Shown here one piece after another: positions 12,572 through 26,107 of a stretch of DNA of 64,000 nucleotides. The translations under genes were made by a program, and so were the position numbers. Position 1 is the stretch's first letter. Each line of letters opens with the position of its first letter. Source of the DNA: Selaginella moellendorffii (Eukaryota > Plantae > Lycopodiophyta); assembly GCF_000143415.4 (NCBI RefSeq), contig NW_003314274.1, positions 2,799,690 through 2,863,689 on the forward strand, read 5' to 3'. The notes beneath the pieces were generated by a model. It made no database searches, was not told the origin of the DNA, and saw only the letters and a list, made by a program, of their open reading frames with translations.

Positions 12572-13490
12572 AGGTGTAGGGGTTTTGGAGCTTTTTAGGC
12601 GCTGAAACAAGCTGGTTGTAAGCCAGATTGCATGATTTGTACTACACTAATCTCAACGTTGTTCAATAGCTCTTAAGATGGATCTTATCTTTCAAGCAAG
12701 AAATTTTGGTCCTGTCCTTCGTTGGAGTAACTCAGTTATAGCGCAGGTTTTCCGTGAAATGGAAAGTGTTTGTGTTGAAGCCAGCTTTCTTACATATGGA
12801 GCAATCATCGATGGCTGCACCCAAACTGGCGAACTCGCTATTGCTTTTGGAATTTACAGGATCATGCTCTCAAAGGTTTATGCCATTTGATTCAACAATT
12901 AGCAGCAACTTTATCGTGTTCCCCTTTCGCAGGTTAGAAAATAAAATCCGATTGAGTCATTTTCAAGTAGCTAATCAAAGCTTCGGTCAGGAGCAGTGAA
13001 AAGAGCATTAGAGGTCTTCACAGAGTTGAAGTCTGAAAGTCCTATAGATCCAAATCACGCCATAATGTGTTTTCTCATGGACGCATGCTCAAAAGCAGGA
13101 GATGTAAGTGGTTTTATGATTTCTGTGGCTTTGTTGTGACAGCCAAATTTTTCAGGGAAACTCCGTAGTTTACACCATGATGCACAAGTGTGGAATCCAA
13201 GGATCCCTGGAGCCTTATACAGCAGCTGTTCATGCATGCAGCAATCATTTTCCATCTACAATGACATGAAGGAAGAACATGTGAAACCAGATGAGGTAAT
13301 GATTTGTGATCTAATTTCATTTTGTGTGTTTACTTGATTTTCATTGTGCAGGTTTTCTTTAGTGTTTTGATTGATGTTGCTGGCCATGGTGGTAAATTTG
13401 ACAGCACTTTTGTATTACAAGAAGTTGAAAAGTACTCTCTTATTCTTGGTGATGTGATATTCAGCTCCCTAACAGGAGTCTCTAGCACGT
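12572..13490 (+). pseudogene. MRL1: MRL1-like PPR protein internal fragment, captured
   Basis: KPDCMICTTLIST, VFREMESVCVEASFLTYGAIIDGC..AFGIYRIMLSK, ELKSESPIDPNH, SIYNDMKEEHVKPDE|VFFSVLIDVAGHG. Introns are retained and the frame is disrupted. Confidence 0.8.
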
Positions 13491-15849
13491 GAGTCACTAC
13501 AATGTTATTGCTTTGAACTTGATGAAATATTTCATGGCCAGACAGGGATATTTCTTTAATAAAATAATATTTTATAAATGCATTAAAATTAAATATCAAT
13601 AATATATATCTGAAAGTTTATAGAATTTTTATAAAATATGTTAGTTATTTATGTTTTAGCTGAAACATTATCTCATCTTAATGAAACTGAAGTTCATAAA
13701 TACCTAAACTTTTATAGAGTATATACTTTCAATTAAATTAGCTTTTATAGTTTTTTTATTTTAATAGATATCCAGTTTGCAAAATATTTAAACTCATTTC
13801 TTGAAGTTGTCCATGATTAAAAATAGTTACTAGCAGGGATCCCAGCTCCGCTGGAAAAAAGTAAAGAATGTTTTCAATATGAAAAAATGCAATCATACAT
13901 ACTTTGGGTTAGAACAACACATTTAAAAAAAAAAATAATAGAACAATGACTTATGATGTTCGTCACTGCACAGAAACTTTGCAGGTGCAAAATGCAGCTT
14001 CAGCACTTGCATCCACTCTAGCCGTGTCAAAGAGGGGAAGAAATTATTGGCAAAGATCCTGGGATTATCCTTTTCTAAGTTTGGTAGTTGACAATTTGTC
14101 AAAAAAGAATGGGAGAGTCTCTCTTTGCATTCTCCCCACCACCAGTAAGTCTTTTAGCAATTCAATGAGCTCTTCATTAGTCTTTGCAACTAAGTTGATT
14201 AAGAATACCTTCAAAACCAAGAGAAAGAGTATACATCTATAAGTTCAATTACCAGATTCTGGCAACCAGCTCTGGACTCTCAAGAATCTAGAAAAAAAAA
14301 AACTTCACTTACTTCTGTTGTCACTACTCCTGTAAAGGGTCATAGTCTAAACTCCAATCATGAAATTAAGAAGTTCTTTGATGCAACTTGTCTGATCAGA
14401 AAACATTAGAAGAGGATTGTTATGGCCCAAGTGTTGTCGAAGTTGGGTGGCTCAGAAAGGTTGCACAAGTCACTTAGTTCCGGAGGTAGATCCTCTTGTT
14501 ATATGGCACCACAAACACAATGGTCATCTGGATGCTTGTCTTACTCTTTGCATTTTTTTTGAACAATGCTTCAAGGTACAACTGGAGAAATTTGCTAGAG
14601 ATGCTCATCTTATACATATTATATGTTATGTAAATCTGTCTATTCTTTAATTCTTTTAAAGGCATCTCGTTCGTTCTCACTCATCACGTACTATTGATGA
14701 TGGAAGTGAGGCATGGGAGGCCACTATGTGTAGCTCCAAGACATGTGTCATACTAACCTTCCCTAAGTTGCATGAGTAGTTGATGTTTCACATATATCTT
14801 AGTATTATCTGGCGCACTGAAACAAAGTGGCATTGACAATGAGGTAGCCAATGAACTTACATGTGACTTAAGTTGTGTAGACCGGGAAAAAATGGTGAAA
14901 GAAATCTATCCAAGAGCTTTTAACTCATGATCCAATCTTAACAGCAATCCAGGTGGCTTGAAGTACTTGTTTGTTGTGATCACAACTTTCTCAAGCAGAG
15001 AATTTGAATTATCTGAGAAGAATCTGAGTAGTCATCTGGCTTGATGGGACAACACATTTGCAGTTGAAAATAACAGGAACAAATGTGATGAATTTAACTA
15101 TGTTCTATGCCTCGTAGATCTTATTAGTGAAGCCCTCTAAAGCAAGGCCAAGGCCTATTCTCTGTGTTGTATTTATCCTGAAATCCTGACATAAGAACAA
15201 AGTCAGATTCCAAAAACTTTTACTGAGTTTGACATGGCAGCATTGTTTTCTACACGCCTGGGAGTGACCCTCTCCTTCTCTAAGCCACACATCCACCAGG
15301 CTCCCACACAACTTAAGCACCGTGGAGAGGCTTATGGCAAAACCATCACAAACAAACAACTCCAGAACCACCTCCTTGCCAATCCCAGCATCAGTGACAT
15401 CTATGACACAGCACTGTGGCAAGCCATCTTGTCAAAGCTGGCTGAGAATCCACCAAGTTTCCACATTTCATGTACATGCCCTGTTTATCAATTTTTCTTA
15501 TACTATATACCATTGGATGCATTAGAATCAATTTTGGCTTGTTGGAAATTGTCTTTACGAATGTTAACAGTTAGAATGAACACTACATTACTGAAATCAA
15601 TGCCATGAACCACTAAAATAGTGACTCGTCTTTTAAATCTGCTATGTAAACCTGTGAAAAAAAAACTAAAGAAACTACCTGATGCAAACACAGAGTGCAG
15701 CTTGTTTTGTATCAGCTTAAGTTCTTATTCCTCATCATACCACGGGTCTGCTGCTCACACCACTCTGATAACCGAGCCCAGTGATCGATCTCTCCAAGAA
15801 CATCCTCTTGTTAAATCCATCAAACTCGCAGTTTCCACCTGTGAGTAGA

Positions 15850-17370
15850 ATCATCCCATCCATAACTCGGCTGACGAGTTAGTTTGGCACTCTCCTCATG
15901 GCAATGGATGCCATTTCTCCCACTTCTGCCTGATCTACAGGCTGGAAGAATATCTCTGAATCGTTCCACACCAAGTACTATTTGGTAGTCCTTCTCAGTA
16001 AGAGGCTGTTGTATTACAAACTCTGGCACTATTTCCTGCAGTCCGGGTGGTGGCGCTGAAGTATATGAAAGATCAATTTCCTGGAAGTAAAGCAGTTAGA
16101 AAGGGAAAAGAAAAGTAGTGACGAAAGTGATATACCTTGAGTTTCGAGGTTAGACGACTGAGTTCTGCTTCATCTTCATCTACATCTTCTTCTACTTCTT
16201 CTTTGTAGTCTCTGTCCATTTGCTTGTACATATGCCAGTCCTCATCATTCATGCCAAAAGTGTCTTCGTCCAAAGGTTGCTTGCATTAAGAGTTTCATTT
16301 GTTCTCTCTACACGGCAGTCAGCCTTTCACTTTTGACCGTGAGTCTGCAACTACAGTACCATGGCCGTTGGTTGTGCAAACTTTCTGCTGTTTTCTTTGG
16401 TCTACCTTTGTTGAAACTTCACAATGCCTGGCCTTCAACTCCTCTAGATACTTCTCCAGGTTTTCCTATGATGAGAAAGAGTTGTAAATATTTAGAAAGA
16501 AAAAGATGTAAAAGATGTACAAGCGATACTCTTCTTCCATTTGTTGCTTGTGCTCTCTCTGCAGGGACTCTTCTTAACATCTTTGCCTTGCTCAAATGTG
16601 TCTATCAAGTGCACAATCCCGATTTTTTGGGTTTTCTGCCAGTGGTGCTGTTGTTTTTAAAAAAATCTTTGCTTTTTCGCTTCAATTGCCAATGCCAAGC
16701 ACACAACAGCTGACAAAAAGAAAATTTGATATACACAACTGTTCCTTGAATAAAAGGCTTTCTGCATTTTCGAGCAGAGGGTACTTTTGTGATGCTAGAA
16801 TGTCACCACTATTCACTATCTTTTAACACCTTAATGCTTTCTCCGTTAGCTTTACATATACTACTTCAATCAGTATAGATCCCGAAAAAGGTTCTTCAAG
16901 TATTCCGCCTCATTTTCTAAATCAATAAGCTTTGAGGATAGTTTTGCTGCTGCCATTTCTTGAAGCCGCTATCACTGCTTTTCTCTCAAAGCTGCCAGTT
17001 CATCCTCCCCAGGCTGCTCTTTTTTAGGTGGCAGTATCCATGGCACCTACCACCATCTCGTTTTCACTAATGCCTAGGGAGATTATAACTGATGAAATAA
17101 ATTGCTACAACATTGACACACCGAACTGCTTACCTAAAATAGTTTTAGCTCTGCAGTATAGTCAACTGTAATGCAGCTATTCTCTGTTTTTCAAAAACCA
17201 CATGTGGTAGTTATGCTATATTCAATCAAATCGCTATGGACTTACAGATATTGAAGGCACAAAAAGCACTTTAGATAATCAGAGACATGAAAGCCTCCTA
17301 CCGATTTTCTGCAGCATACTTCCATAATAGGCTCCTTAATAGATATCTAACACAATACGAGTTTTGAACT
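15850..17370 (-). pseudogene. ARP5: Actin-related protein 5 fragment, captured
   Basis: WILPPKKEQPGEDELAALREKQ..RLQEMAAAK, EDTFGMNDEDWHMYKQM..DEDEAELSRLTSKLK, PLTEKDYQIVLGVERFR. Introns present, with stops. Confidence 0.82.
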
Positions 17371-17477
17371 TACAACAAAAGCAAAAACTAACAGAGAAAC
17401 CATCAGTGTATTGGTATAATATGAGTTGTAGCAAACAAGTATACCATCAGAATTGCACGTGTGTGTGTGCGTGTGCT

Positions 17478-17482
<5 letters not shown>

Positions 17483-17517
<35 letters not shown>

Positions 17518-17950
17518 ACGCACCTGTCCAGTCGATTACAGTGTCAATCCATAAGGGTGCGAGAACTGGATTGCTGGCCGCGATGGTGGCAAAATCCAGC
17601 ACCGCCGGCTTGATCCCTGCGATCCAATATTTGGACTGGATCCCGATCCGTAGGAGATGGCATCGAGGGAATCCCTCACAGAGCTGGATAGCTGGAAGCT
17701 TGTGACGTCCTCACTGCAGCAATCATGGCGGGGGAGCGCCACCATCGCCAGCCACCTGTGTGCCGACGCCAGGTTCTTGTGGCACCAGGATCTCTTTTGG
17801 TGCGTTGCTCATCACCATCCCCAGTGCCATGGAAGATTGATAGGGGAGAGAGAGAGAGAGAGGGAGAGAGAGAGAGAGAGCACGCGAGAGAGAGCATGCA
17901 CCTGTCCAGTTGGTTACAGTGTCAATCCATAAGGGTGCAAGAATTGATCA
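17483..17950. repeat. Two (GA)n microsatellites, each followed by the same ~50-nt duplicated segment
   Basis: GA runs at 17483-17516 and 17846-17894 are both followed by gcacctgtccagt(c/t)g(a/g)ttacagtgtcaatccataagggtgc. Confidence 0.85.
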
Positions 17951-17970
17951 CGTCCACAATCAGTACAAAT

Positions 17971-18242
17971 ATGAAACCCTCAGATACAAAGAGCCATAAT
18001 AACTGTTTTTAAGAAAGTATTACATCTAAACCTTTGATTTGACAAATCGAAGGGTAAGAGAATATCTGTCCCCCGATGCCAATAGCACTTTTAAATAAAG
18101 AAGTATGAAACCCTCAGATACAAAGAGCCATAATAACTGTTTTTAAGAAAGTATTACATCTAAACCTTTGATTTGACAAATCAAAGGGTAAGAGAATATC
18201 TGTCCCCCGATGCCAATAGCACTTTTAAATAAAGAAGTATGA
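17971..18242. repeat. 134-bp tandem duplication of a Helitron 5' end
   Basis: atgaaaccctcagatacaaag...aaagaagt starts at 17971 and again at 18105; the copies are near identical. Confidence 0.95.
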
Positions 18243-19199
18243 TATAGAGAAAAGTTATGAGTAAATCTATGTTCTCCATAAAATTATTATTAAACATCAA
18301 GAGTTAGTAACTATTAATGTGGAGTAAATTTTAAATATTTAAAATTTAAAATTGAGTTAAATTTATATATATAATTCTTTTAGTGCTATTGGTTCATGAG
18401 TTTTAGACATGTTGATTAGAAATTGCTAGACATTAGCATTTTTAATTTAAGGTATCTAGATAGTGGACATGAAATGAAAGTGTTAAAAATGGGTTTCACA
18501 ACATGACAAAATGTAAAAATATTGTAACCAAGTACCAAAAAGTGAATTTGTATATTAATAATTAACAATTTAAAATTTATCCAGAAAAAGTTTTTTACTT
18601 AAACATCAGATAATGGATTTGGTGTTGAGAACATAGAAGAAAATTTAAAAGACATATTAGAACAAATATTAGGGATTAGCTTATTTTTTCCTATTTAAAA
18701 AAATATTTAGTGATTTATAATTTTTTTAATTTATATGTTATTTTTATAGTTTTTATTTTAAAATAAATATTTTTATTTGTATTACATGTATATAATGGTA
18801 TATCATTTCTATGGAACTATATTATTGATGTCTTTTATAATATATTAGACCTTAATTTATTCTTATTTTCTATTCTTTAAATTTTAGATTCCGTTGTTCT
18901 AATTTTTAAAATAGGATAATGACAAATTACAGAGGATAAAACGCATTAATAACATTTTGTTCATAAATGATAGGCTTGATACAACAATGTAAATATAAAA
19001 TAAAATAACCTCATGTTTAATTATATAATTATTAATTACTATAAAACATTTAATAATGTACTATATAGAAAAGATAATAATATTAATATGAACATATCAA
19101 TGTGTTAGATGTTAGTATGTTTGTAATCATGTCCTTCTTTATATTATTTGATAAATAATAAGTAGTATTGCATAATTATTTATTATGGTATTGTTAAAA

Positions 19200-21306
19200 T
19201 TAAAGTTTCAAGATTTTTAGTGATATATGATTTTTAATGTTTTGCTAGACACAATCTTTACTAAAATTGTTTAATGTTTTAAAATTTTTTAATGTGTTTG
19301 AAATGATAACTTGCATATAGAGCTTACTAGCATGATATCACCTAATTATAATATTAATGAAGTATGGTTTATTATTTTCAACATTGTTCCTATGAATCTG
19401 GATATTTAATTGAGAGCTATTCTACTACATTATAGCCTAATCACTTTTACCAAGAAGTTCATATAAACCAGACTTTTTAGTATTTTAAAATTGTATTTCT
19501 ACAAGTTTTCCTTCTCTTTATTTTAAGTTTTTCTTTCACAAGTATATTTTCTCTTCATCATTTAATTTTCATAGTAATCTTAGTGTTGCAAAATGTATTA
19601 CACATTCTTGATCTAATACTAAAGCATGTTCTGGTTGGAAAGGCTTTTGAGGTGTATTAATATTTTATATTTTAAAAAAATTTATTCTCTATATTTTCCA
19701 GAGGATCTTGCAAATATGACACATAATTGTGCTCTATTTGGAAACAATTAACTTCTGTATTTCATTTAAACTTAAGTTACCCTTATGAAAAAACTGGATA
19801 TTTTAGTCATGCTTAGGTAACAACTCTCAGGGATTGACATAATACAATTGCAGAGCAATAACAAAATATTTATATAATATATGTGTCAGTATTTTAAGTA
19901 AAGATAAAATGTATGTAAAGATGTTGAAAAATTATATAATTTTATGAGCAAGAAGATTAATAGAAAATATATAAGAGGTAGATACTTTTTAAGATATTAC
20001 TATGAAATGGATTTCATATTTGTATGTATATTAGATAGTTTATACTTATTAGATACCAAGAACCATTCTCTATTTCCGTGAGGTTTAATATAAACATGGT
20101 AGCAATTTGTATAAACTTACTTAGTGAGTTCAATATTAATGCAGAGCTCAAGTAGTGAATTTGAATATTAAAATATAAGAATTTCATATTAGGCTTGTAG
20201 AAAGTTATTAGTTCAGAACCAGATAATGGATTTGGTATTTGAAGCAAGAAATAAAATATAAAGATGTTCCTACTCTTTTGAAATACATAATATTATTAAT
20301 ATTAAAAAAATTTATATCTCCAGGTGGATGGTAAACTAAAGCTTTAATATTTTACTTTATCTTTCCTCATCTTCCATGATTTGTCATGGCAAAGTATTAT
20401 TTCTACATTGGCACAATTAGCTTTTAATATTATTTATCTATTATATAAAAATAAAAGCCTGTCAATACACTAGCAAAAAAGTAAAAAAGAAGCACCAGAA
20501 GCTTTTTAGATCCTTTATACATACCCAAATAAAACAAAACTTTTGGCACAAGTAATAGCAAATAAGGGACAGTTTTTCTTTCATGTATATAAAATGTATA
20601 AAGAATTTGGTGGTTCTCACTCACCATATAACTATAGTTTGAATATTTCTTTTAGAGTATTGCATAATTAAAACTTTTATAGAAAAATTACATTATCTTC
20701 TTATGTTGCAAATAACTATTCTACATTTCTTAGGTTTGCTCAATTTATAATTTCTCAATATGTCTAGAACTATTCTCTATTGCCATTGGTATTGGTAGAA
20801 ATCTGGATAAATTTGCTTATGCATGTTTTTAAATGCAAAACGAGATACATAATAGAAATTCTATTATTCTTTAGTAAACTATAAATTTTAAAGGCATCAT
20901 TACAATTCAGGTAATAAAGAAGTTAACTCAGTACACAATTAAATTTATAACTTCACCAAACCAGTTATAAAACCTATTATTCTTTGGTATAATTCTTTGA
21001 TTTTGTGAAAACTCAATTTTTTTTAAAGGTTGGCAACAATCTTGTGGATGTGTTTAGGGTTGTGCACCTTTTTGAAAAGGCAATAAAAAAAACTCAAATT
21101 TAAATTTCATGATGATAAATAAATGATTTTATCTTCCTTAACACATGCATTATTATCTAATTGCATTATTAGAGCAAAGTATTACTCTAGAGATGTTTAT
21201 CTCAACACTGTATACAATAAAAATTTCTAACATTCTAAAATTAGAAAAGAAGATCTATTTATCTTGGGTATGTTATATCTCCCAGCGGAGCTGGGGTCTC
21301 TGTTAA
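19200..21306 (+). mobile_element. AT-rich Helitron 3' portion (family also at ~24190-25730 and 31860-31934)
   Basis: Shared blocks such as agatacataatagaaattctattattctttagtaaactat (~20843 and ~25283). Tail CCCAGCGGAGCTGGG-GTCTCTG-TTAA (decayed CTAG). The 5' boundary is not defined. Confidence 0.65.
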
Positions 21307-21984
21307 TCAAACTCTTTATTTAAAGTTGCTATTTTGGCATCGGCGTCACATATTCCATTTTTAGAATATCCATTTTTTCTTATGGCAGATGCTCTTGATT
21401 CAACAATCCAGATCTGTGATGCTCCAAAGCAATGGTGAGGATTGTGACATGGTGGCAAAGAGCTTGGTTTTAGGTTTAAGAAACGGTTATTATGGCTGTT
21501 CACAAGCCACCAGTGACTTGTGAACCTCTAGATATTACGCTACAAACCATCTGTGGGTATGCGCCATGGAATTTTTTGGGAGTCTTGACTCTTTTCTTTC
21601 ATTTGTTGTGATGTCTAGGCCATTTTCTTCTCACAAACTTGCTCCTGGACAAAATGATGGAGACTGCCAACGAAAGTGGCATCAAGTGAAGAATTGTCAA
21701 TCTCTCCTCCACCACACACATCACCTCTTACAGTGGTGGAATCCAGTTCTCACATCTTAATGACAAAGCCTGGTACACCAAACGATTTTCTTTTCTTATG
21801 AGCTTACATTCTTTCTTTTTTCTTCCAAAAGGTACTCCGACACTAGAGCATACAGTCAATCCAAGCTCGTGAACATCCTCCATGCCAAAGAACTGGCAAT
21901 GAGATTCAAGGTATTTGTCTAATGCTTTGAAATCTCTCCCACCTTTCTCTTTCGTCAATGCTTTCTCTTTCGCTGATTATGCCG

Positions 21985-22394
21985 AAGGAGTTGACATCAC
22001 AGCCAACGCTGTTCACCCAGGGTTTATAATGTCGCCTTTGATGTGGCACACATTCTACATAATGAGTTTGTCTGTTTTCGGTTACTTATGGAACTTTGAT
22101 CTTCATGCAGGGTTTCTCAAGTTCTTCTCCAGCTTCCTTTGGAAAAATGTGCCACAGGTAAGAAGAATTCTCCCAATTATCTGGAAGTTTTTCATGACTA
22201 ATATGTGAGTGATCTCTCAGGACGCTGCTACAACGTGCTACACGGCTTTACATCCAAGCCTCAAGGACGTCACCGGGCAATACTTCGTGGATTCCAACAA
22301 ATCCATCTGTAGCACTTATGGCAGAGATCCCGAGCTCGCTCACAAGCTATGGACCTTCTCCCAGGAGCTTATAGACAAGCATTCTCTGTCCTAA
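21985..22394 (+). pseudogene. TIC32-like short-chain dehydrogenase, 3' exons
   Basis: EGVDITANAVHPG, LWKNVPQ|DAATTCYTALHPSLKDVTGQYFVDSN..DPELAHKLWTFS. Stop at 22392-22394; no 5' part. Confidence 0.85.
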
Positions 22395-22510
22395 AGGTAA
22401 AAGGCTGATGGTGCTAGAGAGCGAGCGAGAAAACGAGGACAACTTGGCAATGATTTGTGGATAGACTGTATTTACTCTTCTCAAAAGCTTGAGCTTGAGC
22501 TTGAGCTTGA

Positions 22511-22857
22511 TCAAAAGTAAGATGCGTTACCTACATTGCGCATGACTAAAACTTTGGTTCGAGCATGTCGTCCATCGCGTACTTGACACCCTCTCGTTGG
22601 ATTGCAGAGTCTTTGATCCCACCATATGGCTGGCTATCAACGCACATGCTTGGCGAATTGTTGAGGCAAACTCCTCCAGCTTGTGAAGGTCAGATAATCA
22701 TCAAACAAACAATCAATACTTTATATATCTCAAACGCAAAGCTACCTCTATGTGCTCAAATGCATAGAAGGCCTTGTTTAGATCATGCATAAAGATGCCG
22801 GCTTGGAGACCGTAATGCGTGTTGTTAGCTTCCTTCACGGCTTCCTTGAAATCACTG
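22511..22857 (-). pseudogene. Aldehyde dehydrogenase (ALDH21-like), last two exons
   Basis: SDFKEAVKEANNTHYGLQAGIFMHDLNKAFYAFEHIE|GGVCLNNSPSMRVDSQPYGGIKDSAIQREGVKYAMDDMLEPKVLVMRNVG. The ALDH21 subfamily call is from recall. Confidence 0.85.
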
Positions 22858-25744
22858 CATCACCACCAATGTATAAGTATGATAAGATAATATTAGTACT
22901 TGGACCATACAAAGAAATTTGATTCATCATCAATTGAAATTTACTTATATTAAACCTATCTATATACCATTCACGAATTTTCTGATATATTATAGTTCTA
23001 GCAAAAAGAAAAGGATTATATATCATCAAACCCTACTACAGCCCACTATAGAGTCAAACCTTACCATACATTTATCATTATATAAATTTTTAAGCCTTAA
23101 TAAATTTTTTATAAAGCCTTAATTTTTAATATAAATAAATAAATATACAGAGAAACTAATCATAATTCAGATTAAGATTCTCTCTATAAAACATATACAA
23201 AATGAATGTTTATAACATATAATAGAATAGTTTTAAATTTACAAAGTCGTGTAAAAAATGCATGAACATAAATATTAGGCAAAAAGGGAATATTGAAGAT
23301 AAATATTTTAAATATTTAAAGTTTTTTAAATAAAATAAAACATATAAAGGTAATACATTAAACTAACTATCATGAAATTAAAGAAATTTCAGTCTGAAAA
23401 TATGTAAAACTAAACTCCATAACAATGTTTATATTTTTAAATTTATAAATGTATGTATTTTATGTGAGTTTTAGATCAATATTTTTTAACTTCATTATAT
23501 TTTAGTGCACTTAATTAACACTTACTTTAGTAAGTAGAAAAATTATAGTGTTGAATGAATCATCAAGTAATAATATCTCTTTATGAATTATATAGATTTC
23601 AAAAAAAAGAAAAAATTAGTTACCAAAATTCAATCTCTAAATGACTCTTCTGGCCATGGGATTCCATAGTGAGGTATTCCATTTATAAAAGATCCAGGAC
23701 TTCACTCATCAATCAGAGTTTTAAATGTGATATAATGTTATGAGTTATATTTATTATGTTATGATGTGTGCTGGTGAGGGAGTCCATTGTAGATGGGATT
23801 TTATACATAAAGATTATATGATGTTTAATTAGGCATGTTATCAATATGATTATAATAAAAATTACAATTACAATTACAACTCTTCGAAATTACTTGGACA
23901 TTACTAATAAACATGATACTCCCAGCATATCTGGGACTTTAATCACTAATTTTCCTCCTAGCATTGATAATTTTATTACGCTATATTAAATATAGTAACA
24001 TATACAAAATATAATAATACAATTATTTAAGTGCTAGATATAACTTTATTAAAAATATGAATCATTTTTTTAATCTATATCTGTTTATAATCATGTTTTC
24101 ATTTATCTAATCATGGTTTTAATTAAAATAATTGTAATTTTATGCTTGAACTGGAATTTTCTACATTTTTATCTATATATAATTTAATATCCATTGGCTA
24201 GAGACAATCTTGAATAATATTGTTGCAATTTTAAAAGTTTATTAAAGCTTCTAAAGTCATCACATTCATAAGCTTTTATAATCATAACTTCTAGCATGAT
24301 ATCACCTAAATATAATCTTCATAAAGTGTAGTTTATTATTTTCAACTTTATTACTAACAATCTAGATATTTAATTGGGAGTTCTACAAATTTTTAACCTA
24401 AATCTCTTTCCATGAGAACTTCATCTATGCCACTTTCTTTAACATTTTAAATTCTTAGTTGTATAAAATTTCTTCTATGTTTTTCCATCTCAAGTATTTT
24501 GTCTCTTCATCATTTAAATCCTATAGTAGTTATCTTTTATATTATAAGGTACAAGATGTCTTACATACTCTTGATTTATTGGTAAAGTATTTTCTATATT
24601 ATTGATGTATTAATACTTTTTATTTTATAAAACAGCTAATAAAAATATTTTTAAAACTATTATTTCTATATTTCCCATAGAGTTGTATTTTTCCCATAAA
24701 TGTTACATATAATTTTGCTCTATTTAGAAACCATTAACTTTTATTATTTTAAAAACTTAATTTACCTTATGTTCTGATAGGGATTGAGATAATACATATA
24801 CGGAAAAAGAGCAAGATCAAAAGATTTATGTAAACCATATGGTTTATCTATAGAAAATAAATCATTGTGTAAATAAAGAGGCAAAGGATAAAACTCATAT
24901 AAAGCTGTTGATAGATTTAAGTAAGGTTATGAGCAAGAAGACTAATTAAAAACATAAAAGATAGCTAATTTTTTAGATATTATTAAAAAATGGATTTGAG
25001 ATTTATTTGTGTATGAGATATTTAATAGCAATATTAGATACCGTGTCATATATGAGACATGAATTCATATTTTTATCATGAAGCTTTAATACAGATTTGT
25101 CTTAATACAAACATTATATCTCTATTGTAATTATTATATTTGGATGAAGATTAGATATTAGATATTAGTTTGATTTAGAATCTAGAATGTAAACCATTCT
25201 CCACTGTTGGCTTATAAAGTTTAATATACATGTGGTAGCAAGCTAGATAGATTTATTTATGTATGTTTTAAAATGTAAAATTAGATACATAATAGAAATT
25301 CTATTATTCTTTAGTAAACTATGAATGCTAGAGGCATCTTTATAGTTCAGATAAAAATAATTTAACTCAGTATGCAAATAAAATTATAATTTCTCCAAAG
25401 TAAGCTATTATTTTTTAGTAGTCTATGATTCTTTGGTTTTGTGAAAACTCAATAGCTTTTCAAGCATGGCAAAAATCCTGTAGATGTGTTTAGTGTTGTG
25501 CACCTTTTCATAAAGGCAATAAGACATCAAATTCAAATTTAATGATGATAAAAAATGATCTTATATTCCCCAACTCCTGCATTATTATCTATTTCTATTA
25601 TTGTGCATTTCTCTAGAGATGAATAGTAGAAAATTTTAGATAAATCTAGCTTTATATATATTCAAAATTTCTAAAATTGTAAAATTAAAAAAAGAAGACT
25701 TTTATATCTTGGATATGCTATATCTCCCAGAGATAAAATATATC

Positions 25745-26105
25745 TGTCAGGAATCCCCCAATCCTTGCCACATTCCTGACTCTCGCCAGATTTCTGACCT
25801 GCAGACCACATTCCTGACTCTCGAGACACTTCCCTATTCCTGACTGTCAAGACACTTCCCGATTCCTGAGTCTCGAGCCACATTCCTGATGATGATGTGG
25901 CACCTCCTCAACCTCAGCTATATTTAGGCCGTCCTCGATCCAAGAGTGGTGGAGCTTCATCAACCTATAGTATATATAGGTTAGCCTTATTCCATTTCTC
26001 CACAATCTGAATCAACACCAGTCTAAGGCCTCTTCTTTGTTTTCACTAGCTTTTTCTCTTTGTCTTTAGCATTTTCCAGTCTTGATCTTGTTGGGGGTCT
26101 TGACA
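25745..26105 (+). repeat. 5' LTR (361 bp)
   Basis: TGTCAGGAATCCCC...GGGGGTCTTGACA, with ~6 ATTCCTGA sub-repeats in U3 and a TATA-like TATAGTATATATAG at 25966-25979. Confidence 0.97.
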
Positions 26106-26107
26106 GT

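Larger units (their letters stand above)
13830..18242 (-). mobile_element. Complete non-autonomous Helitron (~4.4 kb) carrying an ARP5 fragment
   Basis: Head A^TCATACTTCTTTATTTAAAAGTGCTATTGGCATCGGGGGACAGATATTC at 18242. Tail CCAGCGGAGCTGG-GATCCCTG-CTAG|T at 13830. Same end types as 54917-60245. Confidence 0.8.
21307..23948 (+). mobile_element. Non-autonomous Helitron carrying SDR and ALDH21 3' ends
   Basis: Head TCAAACTCTTTATTTAAAGTTGCTATTTTGGCATCGGCGTCACATATTC, the same type as at 9875. Degenerate tail TCCCAGCATATCTGGGACTTT at 23920-23940. Confidence 0.6.

Noticed and set aside
15100-15470. Open frame resembling a LINE C-terminal region
   Set aside because: No RT, endonuclease or zinc-knuckle motif was recognised.
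19300-20260. Possible ghost OB-fold coding on the minus strand of the second AT-rich family
   Set aside because: Short peptides (e.g. PQKPFQPEHALVLDQECVIHF) look protein-like, but I could not establish a colinear match.
25770-25890. ATTCCTGA repeats as an independent array
   Set aside because: They are sub-repeats inside the LTR U3 and are present in both LTRs.
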